A stretch of DNA of 58,594 nucleotides. Origin: a virus. Its lineage: Duplodnaviria; Caudoviricetes. Below are positions 1-9,744 of this stretch, in pieces. Position 1 is the first letter of the stretch, and each line of letters begins with the position of its first letter. The translations under genes and the position numbers were made by a program. The stretch lies in IMG/VR virus record IMGVR_UViG_3300025520_000140, positions 1-58,594 of that record. One strand, 5' to 3'. The notes beneath the pieces were generated by a model, which was not told the DNA's origin, did not search any database, and was given only the letters and a program-made list of their open reading frames with translations.

Positions 1-372
1 ATGTCTACCAAGATGTGGGTCGACCTGCCGAATCGCGAGCGCATTCGCATTCACCAGCATTGGCTGGGGGCGATTATAATTGCGTTTGAGCCTCCTTCGC
101 ATCCTAACCAAGTGCACGTGCTAAAGGGCATAGTGCCGGTTGGGACTGTGGGTAAGGTAAGCCTCTTTACCTACCTGCAAGAGGCGAGTCTAGCGAACGA
201 CTTTGTGGAGGCACCGCACAGCTTTCACTTTCGCGGGCACCAGCTGCGCATTGACGCCACGCTAGAGGAATACTCGTTGTTTGGGTTTATCCCGATGCCG
301 AAGTGGATAGTGCAGGCCATTCACGTTACGCTCTGGGTAGACGGGGGGCGGTACCGCGAGTTCGTGTTTTAG
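1..372 (+). CDS. Hypothetical host protein upstream of smpB
   Basis: 123-aa ORF, same strand as smpB, no recognisable motif; start lies at the window edge. Confidence 0.5.
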   Translation: MSTKMWVDLPNRERIRIHQHWLGAIIIAFEPPSHPNQVHVLKGIVPVGTVGKVSLFTYLQEASLANDFVEAPHSFHFRGHQLRIDATLEEYSLFGFIPMPKWIVQAIHVTLWVDGGRYREFVF

Positions 373-412
373 TAATGATGTCGCCGCACAAAGGGCGAAA
401 GGGACGTAAAAT

Positions 413-892
413 ATGACTAAGAAAGAAACTACTATAAAAGTTTTTGCCGAAAATCGCAAAGCCTACCACGACTATTTCATAGAAGAAACCTACGAGGCCG
501 GCGTCGCTTTAGTCGGCACGGAGGTTAAATCTATTCGCGCGGGGAAAGCAAACTTGCGCGACAGTTATGCTAGCATTGCTAACGGCGAGTGCATGCTCTA
601 TAATGTTCATATCAGCCCGTATGAACAAGGCAACCAATTTAACCGCGACCCGCGCCGCGCACGCAAGTTGCTCTTGCACAAGCGCGAGATCGCCCGTTTG
701 TTTGGTCTTGTTCAGCAAAAAGGCTTTACCTTAGTGGCGCTTAAGCTCTATCAAAAGGACGGACGCATCAAAGTCGAACTTGGCCTTGCGCGCGGCAAAA
801 AGCAGCACGACAAGCGCGACGCGGCCGCCGACAAAGAAGCTAAGCGCGACATCGAGCAAGCTTTTCGTCTTCGCCAAAAAGGCGAGCTATAA
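413..892 (+). CDS. smpB: SsrA-binding protein SmpB
   Basis: Motifs [41 protein letters not shown]; immediately followed by tmRNA. Confidence 0.98.
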   Translation: MTKKETTIKVFAENRKAYHDYFIEETYEAGVALVGTEVKSIRAGKANLRDSYASIANGECMLYNVHISPYEQGNQFNRDPRRARKLLLHKREIARLFGLVQQKGFTLVALKLYQKDGRIKVELGLARGKKQHDKRDAAADKEAKRDIEQAFRLRQKGEL

Positions 893-985
893 TTGGGGGC
901 GAAAAGGTTTCGACGGGGGTAGAGTGGGTTGGGGTAGCGAGTCGGGGTCCCGACACCCGTAAAACAGGGAAAAAACAAAACAAAC

Positions 986-1015
986 GCAAACGAACGTTTC
1001 GCGTTCGCTGCCTAG
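986..1015 (+). other. tmRNA proteolysis tag reading frame (A)ANERFAFAA*
   Basis: GCA resume codon at 986, ends GCT GCC TAG, the typical AA C-terminus. Confidence 0.9.
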
Positions 1016-1181
1016 ATAGGTAGCCGTCGGCCCGCACTTTTCCTGCGAGGGCGGTCACCGGCGTCATGAAAGCAGGAGTAGTGTTACTAAGCGCCTAGTA
1101 AGTAACGCGAAAATAATAGGCTAGCGACATCCTGAGCCTGTCGGAGGGCGCAGGAAAGGGCGAATCACCAAATCACCGACT

Positions 1182-1242
1182 GCACTCGGAGAAGCCCTGA
1201 TCAGCATGCCTTCGGACGGTGGGTTCAACTCCCCCCGCCTCC
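1182..1242 (+). repeat. attL-like copy of 61-bp direct repeat (3' end of ssrA)
   Basis: Identical to 56889-56949. Confidence 0.9.
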
Positions 1243-1252
1243 ACCAAATAAT

Positions 1253-1301
1253 CTACCATCTATTGATAAAAAGTTTTTTATCGGTGGGTGGTTTTGTTTT
1301 T
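1253..1301 (+). terminator. Probable intrinsic terminator after ssrA
   Basis: Imperfect hairpin (GATAAAA/TTTTATC core with flanking G-U pairs) followed by TTTTGTTTTT. Confidence 0.55.
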
Positions 1302-1484
1302 GCCCGAAAGTGCCTGAAATCAGCCGCTTTCGGGCTTTGTGCGTTCTGCCTTGTAGCAATAGGTGGTTGTGTTGAATCGCCGTTTTTGGAGGACACTTGA
1401 CTTGAACCGTGGCGGTTTTCAGGGCAGGTACACAGGCAAATCGTTAAAAGAAAGCAAATCGTTAAACTTTGCACCGAAAATCGG

Positions 1485-1523
1485 GCTATCTTTTAACGAT
1501 ACACCGACACGTTAAAAGATAGC
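1485..1523. repeat. 14-bp perfect inverted repeat near the left end (recombinase site or terminator)
   Basis: GCTATCTTTTAACG-N11-CGTTAAAAGATAGC; related CGTTAAA words at 1442 and 1460. Confidence 0.7.
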
Positions 1524-1543
1524 TCTTTTTCACAAACACAGGC

Positions 1544-1571
1544 AAAAAAAACAGCCCGCCCGAAGGCGAGC
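1544..1571 (-). terminator. Intrinsic terminator of the recombinase operon
   Basis: Minus strand GCTCGCC-TTCG-GGCGGGC then a T run. Confidence 0.8.
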
Positions 1572-1587
1572 CACGGATTTTCAGATG

Positions 1588-3183
1588 TTATGCGACGACT
1601 TCCGAGCCGTTCCTGAGCCTGAATGTCATCGTGCCATCCCTGCTGACGATCGCTTGGTCAATGACGGCGAGCCATAGCTTTTCGTCGAACTCGGTGATGG
1701 CGAGCGGTCGGCTCTCGATATCCCGAATGAAGCCCTCGATAATCTTCGCTTTGCCGAGCCGCTCCCGTTTGGCGGCTTCCAATTCGTCAATCCGTTCCAA
1801 GACTTTGCGGTGGCGTTCAAGGTAGGCCTTGTTGCGCTCCGCCCATTCCGTCTGGTTGACAGCGGTTCGGGCATTCTCGTAAATGGCCTTTCGGGAAAGT
1901 TCTGTGACTACCTCAATCTCGCGGTGCAGTTCGGCGAGTTCCGCATCAATCGCCGCGGTGTCGCAGAGGACGCCCTGGGCAAGGCGGCAGTCCTCGATCA
2001 ACCCGTCGCGGTCGCTCATCAGGCTGTTGAACGCCGTGAGGAAACGGGATTTGATTTCGTCCTCAATGATATGCGGCGTACTGCAGCCCTTGCCCGGCTT
2101 GCCGAGCCGCTTGTACTTGTCGTTGCACTGCCAGACTTCCTTTCGGTAAGTCTTATCGCCCTTGTAACTGCCCCAGACCTTTTTGCCAAACCGCCCACCG
2201 CAGTCGGCGCAAAGAATCTTCGCTGCGAAAATGCTCGTGCAGCTTGTTGGTTTGCCAATCGAGCGGCGGCGCTCTATCTCTACCTGAACCGCGTCAAATT
2301 CGTCTGCCTCGATGATGGCGGGATGGCTGTCCTCGACGTAGTATTGCTGTACCTGACCAGTATTCTTGACCATCTTCTTGGTGAGGAAGTCCGTGCAGTA
2401 GGTCTTTTGCAAAAGCGCGTGGCCTTTGTATTTTTCATTGGTCAGGATTGACCGCACCACCGCCGTCTGCCATGTTTTCTTACCCGCCGGTGAAGGGATG
2501 CCATAACTGCCGAGGTACTTGGCGATTGCCGAGAAGGTCTTGCCCTCTATATATAGCCTGAATATCAACCGCACAATATCCGCTTCGGCGGGGACTACCT
2601 TCGGCAAACCGTCCTCGCCCTTTTCGTAACCGAGGAACTGGGCATACGGAAGGCTCACCTTGCCGTCGGCCATGCGCTTGCGCTGACCCCAAGTCACATT
2701 CTCCGAAATAGAACGGCTCTCTTCCTGTGCCAGCGAGGACATTATCGTAATCAGCAATTCGCCCTTGCTGTCCAAAGTGTATATGTTCTGTTCCTCGAAC
2801 CATATCTCGCAGCCGACCTCTTTCAGCTTGCGGACGGTGGTCAGGCTGTCCACGGTGTTTCGGGCAAAGCGGCTTACCGACTTCGTGACGAGCAAGTCAA
2901 ACTTGCCCGCCAAGCCGTCGGAGACCATTTGCTTGAAGCCTTCCCGCCGTTTGGTGTTCACCCCCGAAATGCCCTCGTCCGTGTACCCGCCGACGAATTC
3001 CCAGTCGGGATGGCTCTGAATAAATTTCGTGTAGTAGTCCACTTGGGCGTTGTATGAAGTCTTTTGCTCGGAAGAGTCGGTGCTGACGCGAGCGTAGAAA
3101 GCGACGCGCCGCTTGACCGCCGGGTTCCTTTCCTGTGCAGAGAGGACGGGAACAGTGGCGGGGATGACCCGTACATTAGCCAT
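1588..3183 (-). CDS. Large serine recombinase (resolvase, recombinase, Zn ribbon, coiled coil)
   Basis: YARVS catalytic motif, TKSVSRFARN, AQEESRSISEN, CADC...WQC...C. Confidence 0.95.
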   Translation of the reverse strand: MANVRVIPATVPVLSAQERNPAVKRRVAFYARVSTDSSEQKTSYNAQVDYYTKFIQSHPDWEFVGGYTDEGISGVNTKRREGFKQMVSDGLAGKFDLLVTKSVSRFARNTVDSLTTVRKLKEVGCEIWFEEQNIYTLDSKGELLITIMSSLAQEESRSISENVTWGQRKRMADGKVSLPYAQFLGYEKGEDGLPKVVPAEADIVRLIFRLYIEGKTFSAIAKYLGSYGIPSPAGKKTWQTAVVRSILTNEKYKGHALLQKTYCTDFLTKKMVKNTGQVQQYYVEDSHPAIIEADEFDAVQVEIERRRSIGKPTSCTSIFAAKILCADCGGRFGKKVWGSYKGDKTYRKEVWQCNDKYKRLGKPGKGCSTPHIIEDEIKSRFLTAFNSLMSDRDGLIEDCRLAQGVLCDTAAIDAELAELHREIEVVTELSRKAIYENARTAVNQTEWAERNKAYLERHRKVLERIDELEAAKRERLGKAKIIEGFIRDIESRPLAITEFDEKLWLAVIDQAIVSRDGTMTFRLRNGSEVVA

Positions 3184-3184
3184 T

Positions 3185-4492
3185 CTAATCGCCTCCCTTC
3201 AAAGCCTTTTCACGGGCGGATTGCTTCATCTCGTCCGTCCAGCTTTCGCGGCGGGAGCGGTTCTCCCAAATGACCGCCCGCTCCGAACCGTCCTTAAAGG
3301 TAAATACCAGAACGCCGTCGTCTGGAACGGTTATCGAGGGGACCTTGGCCGCAAACACGGCGTCGTCATACTTTTCAAGCCCCAGAGCCTCGGCGCATTT
3401 CTCTTTGAGGATATCTTCGGGTATCCGCTTGGCGGCGCACTCGTGCTTGCCGCGATAGGTGTAGGTCGCGCAAGCCCACGAAGCCTTGGCGTACTTCGTG
3501 CCGACGCCGTTCATCTTCTTGCGGAATTTTGCCCCGCACCGACCGCAGGTGATCACTCCCGAAAATTCGCTAAAAGTACGCTTGCGGGGGTGGTTCGCCT
3601 TTGCCGCCCGCCGTGCCATTTCAACCTGAGCTGCATTGAAAGTCTCTCTGTCGATAATCGCCTCGTGAGAACCTTCGACGTAGTATTTCGGCAGTTCGCC
3701 GTTGTTTTGCTTCTGGCGTTTGGTGATATGGTCGGCGACGAAGCCCTTTTGCAGGCACATATCGCCGATGAATTTTTCGTTGGTGAGGATAGAACCCACC
3801 GTGCTTTCCGACCATCGGCCGCCGCATTTCGTCGGCACTCCGAGCCTGACCAGCTTCTTCATAATGGCGTTCTTGCCAAGCCCCGAAAGGTAGTCGGCAA
3901 ATATCATCCGCACGACCTCAGCTTCCGCCGGAATGACGGTCAGTTTGCCGTCCTTGTAGTCGAACCCGTATATGCGGATGTTGTTGGAGGGCCTGCCCTC
4001 CTTGAAGTCCTTGCGGATACGCCACTTGCAGTTTTCGCTGACCGAGCGGCTCTCTTCCTGTGCGTAGCTTGCAAGGATAGTGAGCATTAACTCCCCGTCG
4101 CCCGAAAGCGAGTGCAGGTTCTGCTCCTCAAAAAACACGCCGACGCTTAAGGTTTTGAGTTCTCGGACAGTTTCGAGCAAGGTCACGGTATTCCTCGCAA
4201 AGCGGCTGATTGACTTTGTGAGGACGAGGTCGATACGCCCTGCCCGGCAGTCGGCAAGCAGCCGCTGAAATTCCGGCCTGCTGCCCTTTGTGCCGGTTTC
4301 CGCTTCATCGGCGTACACGCCGACATACTCCCATTCCGGCTTGCTTTGTATCAGGTTGCTGTAAAAGCTGACCTGAGCCGCCAGAGAGTGGAGCATTTCG
4401 TCTTTCCCGCAGGAAACGCGGGCATAGGCCGCGACCCGTTGTCTGGTTGGCATCTGCGCCATAGGTTCAATTCTCGTTATCTTTCTGCCCAT
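3185..4492 (-). CDS. Second large serine recombinase, shorter and lacking the long coiled coil
   Basis: YARVS, TKSISRFARN, AQEESRSVSEN, CGRC...WAC...C; ATG at 4492 after an AAGGAGG RBS. Confidence 0.93.
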   Translation of the reverse strand: MGRKITRIEPMAQMPTRQRVAAYARVSCGKDEMLHSLAAQVSFYSNLIQSKPEWEYVGVYADEAETGTKGSRPEFQRLLADCRAGRIDLVLTKSISRFARNTVTLLETVRELKTLSVGVFFEEQNLHSLSGDGELMLTILASYAQEESRSVSENCKWRIRKDFKEGRPSNNIRIYGFDYKDGKLTVIPAEAEVVRMIFADYLSGLGKNAIMKKLVRLGVPTKCGGRWSESTVGSILTNEKFIGDMCLQKGFVADHITKRQKQNNGELPKYYVEGSHEAIIDRETFNAAQVEMARRAAKANHPRKRTFSEFSGVITCGRCGAKFRKKMNGVGTKYAKASWACATYTYRGKHECAAKRIPEDILKEKCAEALGLEKYDDAVFAAKVPSITVPDDGVLVFTFKDGSERAVIWENRSRRESWTDEMKQSAREKALKGGD

Positions 4493-4706
4493 AACGGCCT
4501 CCTTTCGCAGTACCATATATCACTCTGTTTTCCTTACATAGCAAGTCTTTTTCGAGGAATATACTGCGCGAGGATAAACCGTATTTCTGAGCGAGCATTG
4601 TATTAATTGCCAACAGGTCGGCTTCGGTAATAACGCCATCCAAAAACCAATTCTTGAACACAGACATTGACGCCTTGTAGCGGAGGATTGCTTCTTCCTT
4701 GTTCAT
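4467..4706 (-). CDS. Small SHOCT-like protein associated with the recombinases
   Basis: MNKEEAILRY...DGVITEADLLAINTMLAQKY resembles small helical proteins that precede serine recombinase pairs; ATGA overlap with upstream gene. Confidence 0.65.
   Translation of the reverse strand: MNKEEAILRYKASMSVFKNWFLDGVITEADLLAINTMLAQKYGLSSRSIFLEKDLLCKENRVIYGTAKGGRYGQKDNEN
4514..4545 (-). promoter_or_regulatory. Repeated motif A copy 1 (CTTGCTAT-N10-CAGAGTGATATATG)
   Basis: Same two blocks and spacing at 24588 and 25582; lies upstream of the recombinase RBS. Confidence 0.7.
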
Positions 4707-5104
4707 ACGGAAGCCCTCCTCGCCGCTCCGAAACAAGCTCTGGAGCAGTATTTGCGGCGGGCGTTGCCATAGCTTTCGAACTCCGCTCCGCAGGCCGGGC
4801 AGGCGAAACGGTAGACTGCCTTGCGGTTTACGGCTTCGGGGTGGGCCTTCCACCACACCATACGGCATTTGTCGGAGCAGAAGCGCTTCCGCTTCGCCCC
4901 CGGCGTATGTTCAAGGGGGCGGCCGCAGTTGGCGCAAGCGTCCATAGTGGCGGCTTGTTCGGCTTTCTCACCGATGCCGATATTGCTCCGGCGGCAGTAG
5001 GACTTGACGGTGTTTTCGGATATGCCGAGCGCATCGGCGATAGCGGCGTAGCTGTCGCCTTTGCCGCGCAAATACGCGATTCGTTGTTTTTGCGTGTTGG
5101 TCAT
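4703..5104 (-). CDS. HTH (sigma region 4-like) plus Zn-finger protein
   Basis: SYAAIADALGISENTVKSYCRR HTH; CANC, FCSDKC, CPAC, YCSRAC cysteine motifs. Confidence 0.8.
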   Translation of the reverse strand: MTNTQKQRIAYLRGKGDSYAAIADALGISENTVKSYCRRSNIGIGEKAEQAATMDACANCGRPLEHTPGAKRKRFCSDKCRMVWWKAHPEAVNRKAVYRFACPACGAEFESYGNARRKYCSRACFGAARRASV

Positions 5105-5139
5105 ACGGTCGCCTCCATTCCGAGGGGGAAAGGAAAAAA

Positions 5140-5181
5140 CCCCTCACCATCCACAGGACAGCGAGGGGTCGGTTGGCAACC
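5140..5181 (-). promoter_or_regulatory. Repeated motif B copy 1 (candidate phage-sigma promoter)
   Basis: GGTTGCCAA...TCGCTGTCCTGTGGATGGTGAGGGG, repeated at 35454 and 40318 with the same spacing. Confidence 0.7.
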
Positions 5182-5193
5182 GAAACGTGCGAA

Positions 5194-5937
5194 TTATTCG
5201 GTTTTGATGAAAGCGTCGACAAACCCCTCCGCCTTTACCTTGGCGAGCATCGCGTCGGCATTTGCCTTGGAGTTGAACGCCCCGACCTGAACGCGGTACA
5301 GCTTTTTCGGTTCGGTGGGCGCTGGCGCGGGAGCGGGTGGTTTTGGTGTTTCGAGCGACGTGAGCAGCCGCTTGACCTCAGCGCGGAAGGTGTCCATCGA
5401 CTTCCCGTGCCTTGGAAACCAGTGACCGGGGTCTGCGTGGTTGGAAGCGATGCCGCGCCTATGCCCCTCGAAATGCCCGATGATAACGCCGTCAGCCATT
5501 GGATCAAAGGTGTATTCCTTGCAGAGGAAAGCGCACAGTTCGGCGGCTTCCTTGTACACGGCGTTGAAATAGGCGGCGTCGGTCAGGTTATCCTCGCAGA
5601 TCTCAAATGAGATGTGCGTGTCGTTGCCGGAGCCTCTCGCGCCTCTGCCGCAGTGCCAGCCGCGATGGTTCCACGGCAAAGTCTGGTAAGTGGCAATCGA
5701 GCCGTCGGCAAGCTTCCCGATAAAGGCATGGACGCACACCTGCCTGCCATCCGGCCTGTCCTGGTTCCAGTGGTTGTTATGCCTATTTCTTCCCAACAGC
5801 CCGTCGTCCGGGCCGACATAACGCCGCAGCCACGGGTTGTTCGCGCCGGTGGAATGCACCATGATGCCTCTTGGCGAAATCGTCCTGCCCGCTTTGTAGC
5901 AGGCGTTGTTGGTGAGAATTAACGTGCGCAGGTTCAT
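5194..5937 (-). CDS. Endolysin: N-acetylmuramoyl-L-alanine amidase (Amidase_2) with C-terminal SPOR-like domain
   Basis: IMVHST, WHCG, FEICE, HADP; Pro-rich linker; YRVQVGAF...ANA. Confidence 0.92.
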   Translation of the reverse strand: MNLRTLILTNNACYKAGRTISPRGIMVHSTGANNPWLRRYVGPDDGLLGRNRHNNHWNQDRPDGRQVCVHAFIGKLADGSIATYQTLPWNHRGWHCGRGARGSGNDTHISFEICEDNLTDAAYFNAVYKEAAELCAFLCKEYTFDPMADGVIIGHFEGHRRGIASNHADPGHWFPRHGKSMDTFRAEVKRLLTSLETPKPPAPAPAPTEPKKLYRVQVGAFNSKANADAMLAKVKAEGFVDAFIKTE

Positions 5938-6350
5938 TTGTCTGCCCCCTCGTCATCGCGGGAGCCCATCTGCGCCAACATCGTCTTAAGCTTCTCGGGG
6001 ATGGGCAGCCCCACGCGCGCGGCGTTCTCCAGGATGGAAATGCCTTCGTTGCTCAAATAAAAGAAAATTACCGCCGTGCGGATCGCGCCGCCGTCGCCAA
6101 TCACCTGACTGTCGACGATATGCCCCACGCCCACCAGCACAAAGATGAGCACCTTCTTAAAGATGCCCCTGGCACCGATCTCGCTGGATAGTTTCTTCTC
6201 CATGACGGCACGCATCACGCCGGTCAGGTAGTCAATTACCACAAAGGCGATTAAGGCATAGAGAAATCCGTCCAGTCCGCCTAAAAACCAGCCGAGAAAA
6301 CCGCCGATGGCGGTAAAGGCCGCCTGTACCCAGTTCCAGAATACTTTCAT
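5934..6350 (-). CDS. Phage holin (Phage_holin_4_1 type)
   Basis: DYLTG...LSS.IG..GI.KK and NEGISILENA...GLPIP; hydrophobic; adjacent to amidase. Confidence 0.92.
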   Translation of the reverse strand: MKVFWNWVQAAFTAIGGFLGWFLGGLDGFLYALIAFVVIDYLTGVMRAVMEKKLSSEIGARGIFKKVLIFVLVGVGHIVDSQVIGDGGAIRTAVIFFYLSNEGISILENAARVGLPIPEKLKTMLAQMGSRDDEGADK

Positions 6351-6400
6351 TAAAAATTGCCCCCTTTCACCGTATCCGGGGTTTAGCTTCGTAAGAGTGC

Positions 6401-8908
6401 CTAAACGACTCCTGAACGCAATCGAAATACCAGCGGGTCCTGGTGCCCGAGCGCCCATAACCCAACCCCTTTTAACCTCCATCTGTGCTTCGCCAGGTTA
6501 GCCAGCATGTCGAAATGCTCGGCGTCGGAGTAGTGGGCGATGGAGAAGCCCCTTGCGTCTCCCAGGAAAAGCTGGGTAAGCCACAGGCCCCGGTCGCGCA
6601 GCCGGAAGGTAACAGCCCTGTCGCTGTCAAAAGCCGCGAAAGAATCAGTGTGTAGATAGTCAAAATCTGTGGAGACGCTTTCCTGCCTGGTCGCCGATTC
6701 TTCCCCGAGGCCTTCAAAGCGGAAGTAGTCCCAAGGTTCAAGCCATGTCACGTCGCTGCGCAAAATGCGCCCCAGTGTCTGGATTTGCCCATCCGGCAGC
6801 GCCACGTCAAGGGCCTCCTGCGGCACAAAAACATAGGGGTCTCCCGCATCCAGCAGGCCGCACTCACAGGCCGCGCCGCTGGTGCGCAGCCCAAAGCCAC
6901 CGGAGACGGGGAGAGCCGCCGTCAAATTAAACACCCTGGTTGTCCCCACCCAGCAGTGCAGCTCGTTCCCCCGACTTCGCACCCGCAGCGTGTACCAAGT
7001 GTTTAAACTCACGCTCTGCGCCACGTCCGGCTGCAGCCTTGTCCATATCCCGCCTTGCCTTTGCCAAAGCTCCGCCGTCTGCGTGCCGCGCCGCAGCAGG
7101 AATAAATACAGATCGTTTGCCCCCTGGGCTTTGAAAACCACGCCCATGGTGCCGTTCCCCGCCGTCATGCGCAGCCTGGCCCGGATGTTCAGGTCGCCAA
7201 ACCCGTCGTGGGAGAGGTGCGCCTGGGCGTCCGCGCTTGCCTGGTCGGACTGGATTAACACCCGCCTTGCCGGGTCCGTATCCATGCTCCAAGTCCCGCC
7301 GCTGCGGCTGTAGAAGGCGAGCGTGTTGTCCCTAAAGTCGTCATACCAGACCCAGGCGTGTTCCGGGGCGCTCCGCAGCACTTCAGGGGTGAGGATAAAC
7401 TGCTCCGGTAAAACCCAGCTGCCGTTTACGTCTTTTAGCCTCCTTGGGGTGAGGGTAAATTCCGCCTCGCCGCCGGTCATGCTAAAATTAAACTGCGAGC
7501 AGACCCTAAAGCCCCAAAACTGCGTCCCGTACTGGCTGCCCGCGCCGTGCACCTCCAGCGTGTGGCTTCCGGCAGATAAATAAAAACGCCCGGCCTTCAG
7601 CCAGTGGGTGCGGCGATGGAGGGGATACCAGTCGGGAAACGGCCCGATTTGCAGCGGTGTCCCGTTTAGCCGCAGCTGTAAAACCTGACGGTCCCACCAG
7701 GGGCAGTTCACCCTTGCCGCCAGGTCATATTCCCCCGAGTGGGGGACGGAAAAAGAAAAAAGGGCCAAGCCCTCTTCTTCCAGCACAGGCTGAGTCCCGG
7801 GTGGCGAACCCGGCGGGACGGGGAGAAGCTGGGGCGCCCTGGGGGAAATCCAGCCGCTGCCTACCGTCATAGCGCCGGAAACCTCGTCAAAGCCGCTGCC
7901 TGTCCTGTCCGTAACCTGCCCGGTAAACTCATAGCGGGGCTCTTTTTCATAGGCGACCAGGTAGTTCCGCCTGACCCGGCCCGCCTGGCCGGAAACCTTA
8001 AAGATGGGGCTTGTAGCCCGCGCCGCGTCCATGCCTTCCTGGTAATCGTAGATGTGCAGGAGAAGGTATGGGCTTTGGCTGTCCTCGTCCAGAAACCCGG
8101 CAAAGGGAAGACGCGGCTGCAGCTCGTGAAATGTAAAATCCCCTTGCTGCCAGCCTAGCCAGGCGAGGAAGGTGCCGCCGCTGCCCCGGTAAGCGCCCGG
8201 AACAGGCCGCCTATCAATGCGCCAGTTGAAGCCGAAGCCGGGGATGCCGAGAAAGATTTTCTCCTTTGGTATCCGCGTTACCGAATAGTCATAGATCTCC
8301 TCCATCCACCACACCGGGCTGATGGGCCCGGGAGCGCTGCCCGCCCAGGCAAAGGCGTAGCTCATGATCACGCAGGTATCGAAGTATGGCTCCATCCGGC
8401 GGTAATCGCACCAGCGCTCCCAGGACGGCGCGCCGTCCCCGGTCATGGGAGGCAAGTCCCAATGCACATAGCGTTGTGTCGGGCGGCTCTTGATGCTCTC
8501 GTAGATCCTCTTTGCCAAGGCTACCACGCCGTCCGGGTTGTCGTTCGGCCCTTTTTCCAGGTCGATATCCACCCCGGCAGCGAAAGGGTACATATCCAGA
8601 ATGCGGTGCAGCTCGCTGATGAACATGTCCTGAACGGCCTTGTCCTCAACGATGGCCCGAAAGCGGGACAGTATCCCGTCGTTTCTGACCGTCAGCAGGT
8701 GGGTGATATGCGGCCAGCGCGCTACCCTTTCCAAATCTGCGGCGGGGATAACGCCCTCAATCCTGCCGGTGTTGTCGAGCACCAGAAAATCAAACAGCCC
8801 CATATGGGTTATCCTGTCGCCGTAATCCCGCCATTCCTGCCTGGCCCGGGTGGTCTTTAAAAAAGACCAGGTCATAAACTCCCGGCCTTCCTGCCGCATA
8901 CCGCTCAT
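6401..8908 (-). CDS. GH18-family glycoside hydrolase with large inserted beta-sandwich domains
   Basis: GVDIDLE (DxDxE), IMSY...PGPISP, KIFLGIP; C-terminal LKGVGLWALG; ATGA-coupled start at 8908. Confidence 0.8.
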   Translation of the reverse strand: MSGMRQEGREFMTWSFLKTTRARQEWRDYGDRITHMGLFDFLVLDNTGRIEGVIPAADLERVARWPHITHLLTVRNDGILSRFRAIVEDKAVQDMFISELHRILDMYPFAAGVDIDLEKGPNDNPDGVVALAKRIYESIKSRPTQRYVHWDLPPMTGDGAPSWERWCDYRRMEPYFDTCVIMSYAFAWAGSAPGPISPVWWMEEIYDYSVTRIPKEKIFLGIPGFGFNWRIDRRPVPGAYRGSGGTFLAWLGWQQGDFTFHELQPRLPFAGFLDEDSQSPYLLLHIYDYQEGMDAARATSPIFKVSGQAGRVRRNYLVAYEKEPRYEFTGQVTDRTGSGFDEVSGAMTVGSGWISPRAPQLLPVPPGSPPGTQPVLEEEGLALFSFSVPHSGEYDLAARVNCPWWDRQVLQLRLNGTPLQIGPFPDWYPLHRRTHWLKAGRFYLSAGSHTLEVHGAGSQYGTQFWGFRVCSQFNFSMTGGEAEFTLTPRRLKDVNGSWVLPEQFILTPEVLRSAPEHAWVWYDDFRDNTLAFYSRSGGTWSMDTDPARRVLIQSDQASADAQAHLSHDGFGDLNIRARLRMTAGNGTMGVVFKAQGANDLYLFLLRRGTQTAELWQRQGGIWTRLQPDVAQSVSLNTWYTLRVRSRGNELHCWVGTTRVFNLTAALPVSGGFGLRTSGAACECGLLDAGDPYVFVPQEALDVALPDGQIQTLGRILRSDVTWLEPWDYFRFEGLGEESATRQESVSTDFDYLHTDSFAAFDSDRAVTFRLRDRGLWLTQLFLGDARGFSIAHYSDAEHFDMLANLAKHRWRLKGVGLWALGHQDPLVFRLRSGVV

Positions 8909-9537
8909 ATCCTTTTCCCCCCTTCCGCCAGCTGCCATTCCTGCAGTGCGACGAGCACCCTGGCCGAAGGCTCCGGCCGCAAAGCCGCCTGTCCCGAGTC
9001 CAGCCCCAGGAGAGTGACGGGGAAGCGGGGATTGCCCCAGGCGGCATAGAGGAACCGGCCTTTAAACTGAACGGGGCTGCCGTTTTGCAGTACTTGCCGC
9101 TCAGTGCCGATAACCGCTAACTCCTGGTTGCTCGCCAATACTTGCGGGAAATAAAAAAGCCTGTTCAGCATGTCCTGCCCCAAGGCGATGCCTTGGCTTA
9201 AGTTTTCCTTTGCCCTGATGTGAAAGTCCAAGGCCGTGGGCACAATTACCGCCCCCGGTTCCACCGCCCAGTAGAAGCCGCGGTTGGGGATAATCAGGGT
9301 TTTAGCGCCCCGCACCACGGCGTTGTAGTGCTTTGGCGGGGACGGGCTGCCGTTTTCCCGCAGTTTTTGCAGCAGCTCCTTGGTATTCTGGGCGTAGCCG
9401 GTTAGATGCTTTCCTTCCTGGAGCATCACGTCCGTAAAGGAAAAAGAGCCCGCGGCGTCAGAGATTACCGCTTGGGCCCGGATACTGGCCACCCGTTTCC
9501 CCTCTTCCGGCGCGAAACGAAACAAATAGCGCTTCAT
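8905..9537 (-). CDS. Tail-region hypothetical protein
   Basis: 210-aa ORF in the tail operon; N-terminal FTDVMLQEG motif. Confidence 0.7.
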   Translation of the reverse strand: MKRYLFRFAPEEGKRVASIRAQAVISDAAGSFSFTDVMLQEGKHLTGYAQNTKELLQKLRENGSPSPPKHYNAVVRGAKTLIIPNRGFYWAVEPGAVIVPTALDFHIRAKENLSQGIALGQDMLNRLFYFPQVLASNQELAVIGTERQVLQNGSPVQFKGRFLYAAWGNPRFPVTLLGLDSGQAALRPEPSARVLVALQEWQLAEGGKRI

Positions 9538-9545
9538 CTGCTCAC

Positions 9546-9731
9546 CTACTCAAAGGAGAAGCGAAGCTCCGCGGGGTGGCCGTTCCACAGTGTAGCCAGC
9601 CTGCCGCCCTGCAGCACGATGTCGGCGACGTTGACCTGGCCGCTTGCGTCCTCCAGGCAAAGGCGCACTTCGATTCTATCAACTTTTTTGCTTGGGGACA
9701 CAGACTGCACATAAGGTTCAAAAAACGCCAT
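9546..9731 (-). CDS. Small tail-region protein (61 aa)
   Basis: AAGGAG RBS before ATG 9731; VADIVLQGG motif. Confidence 0.65.
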   Translation of the reverse strand: MAFFEPYVQSVSPSKKVDRIEVRLCLEDASGQVNVADIVLQGGRLATLWNGHPAELRFSFE

Positions 9732-9744
9732 GGCGCATAACTCC

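Larger units (their letters stand above)
895..1246 (+). ncRNA. ssrA: tmRNA (transfer-messenger RNA)
   Basis: 5' GGGGGCG...GGTTTCGAC, 3' T-arm GGGTTCAACTCCC and CGCCTCCACCA acceptor end; 352 nt; internal tag ORF. Confidence 0.96.
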
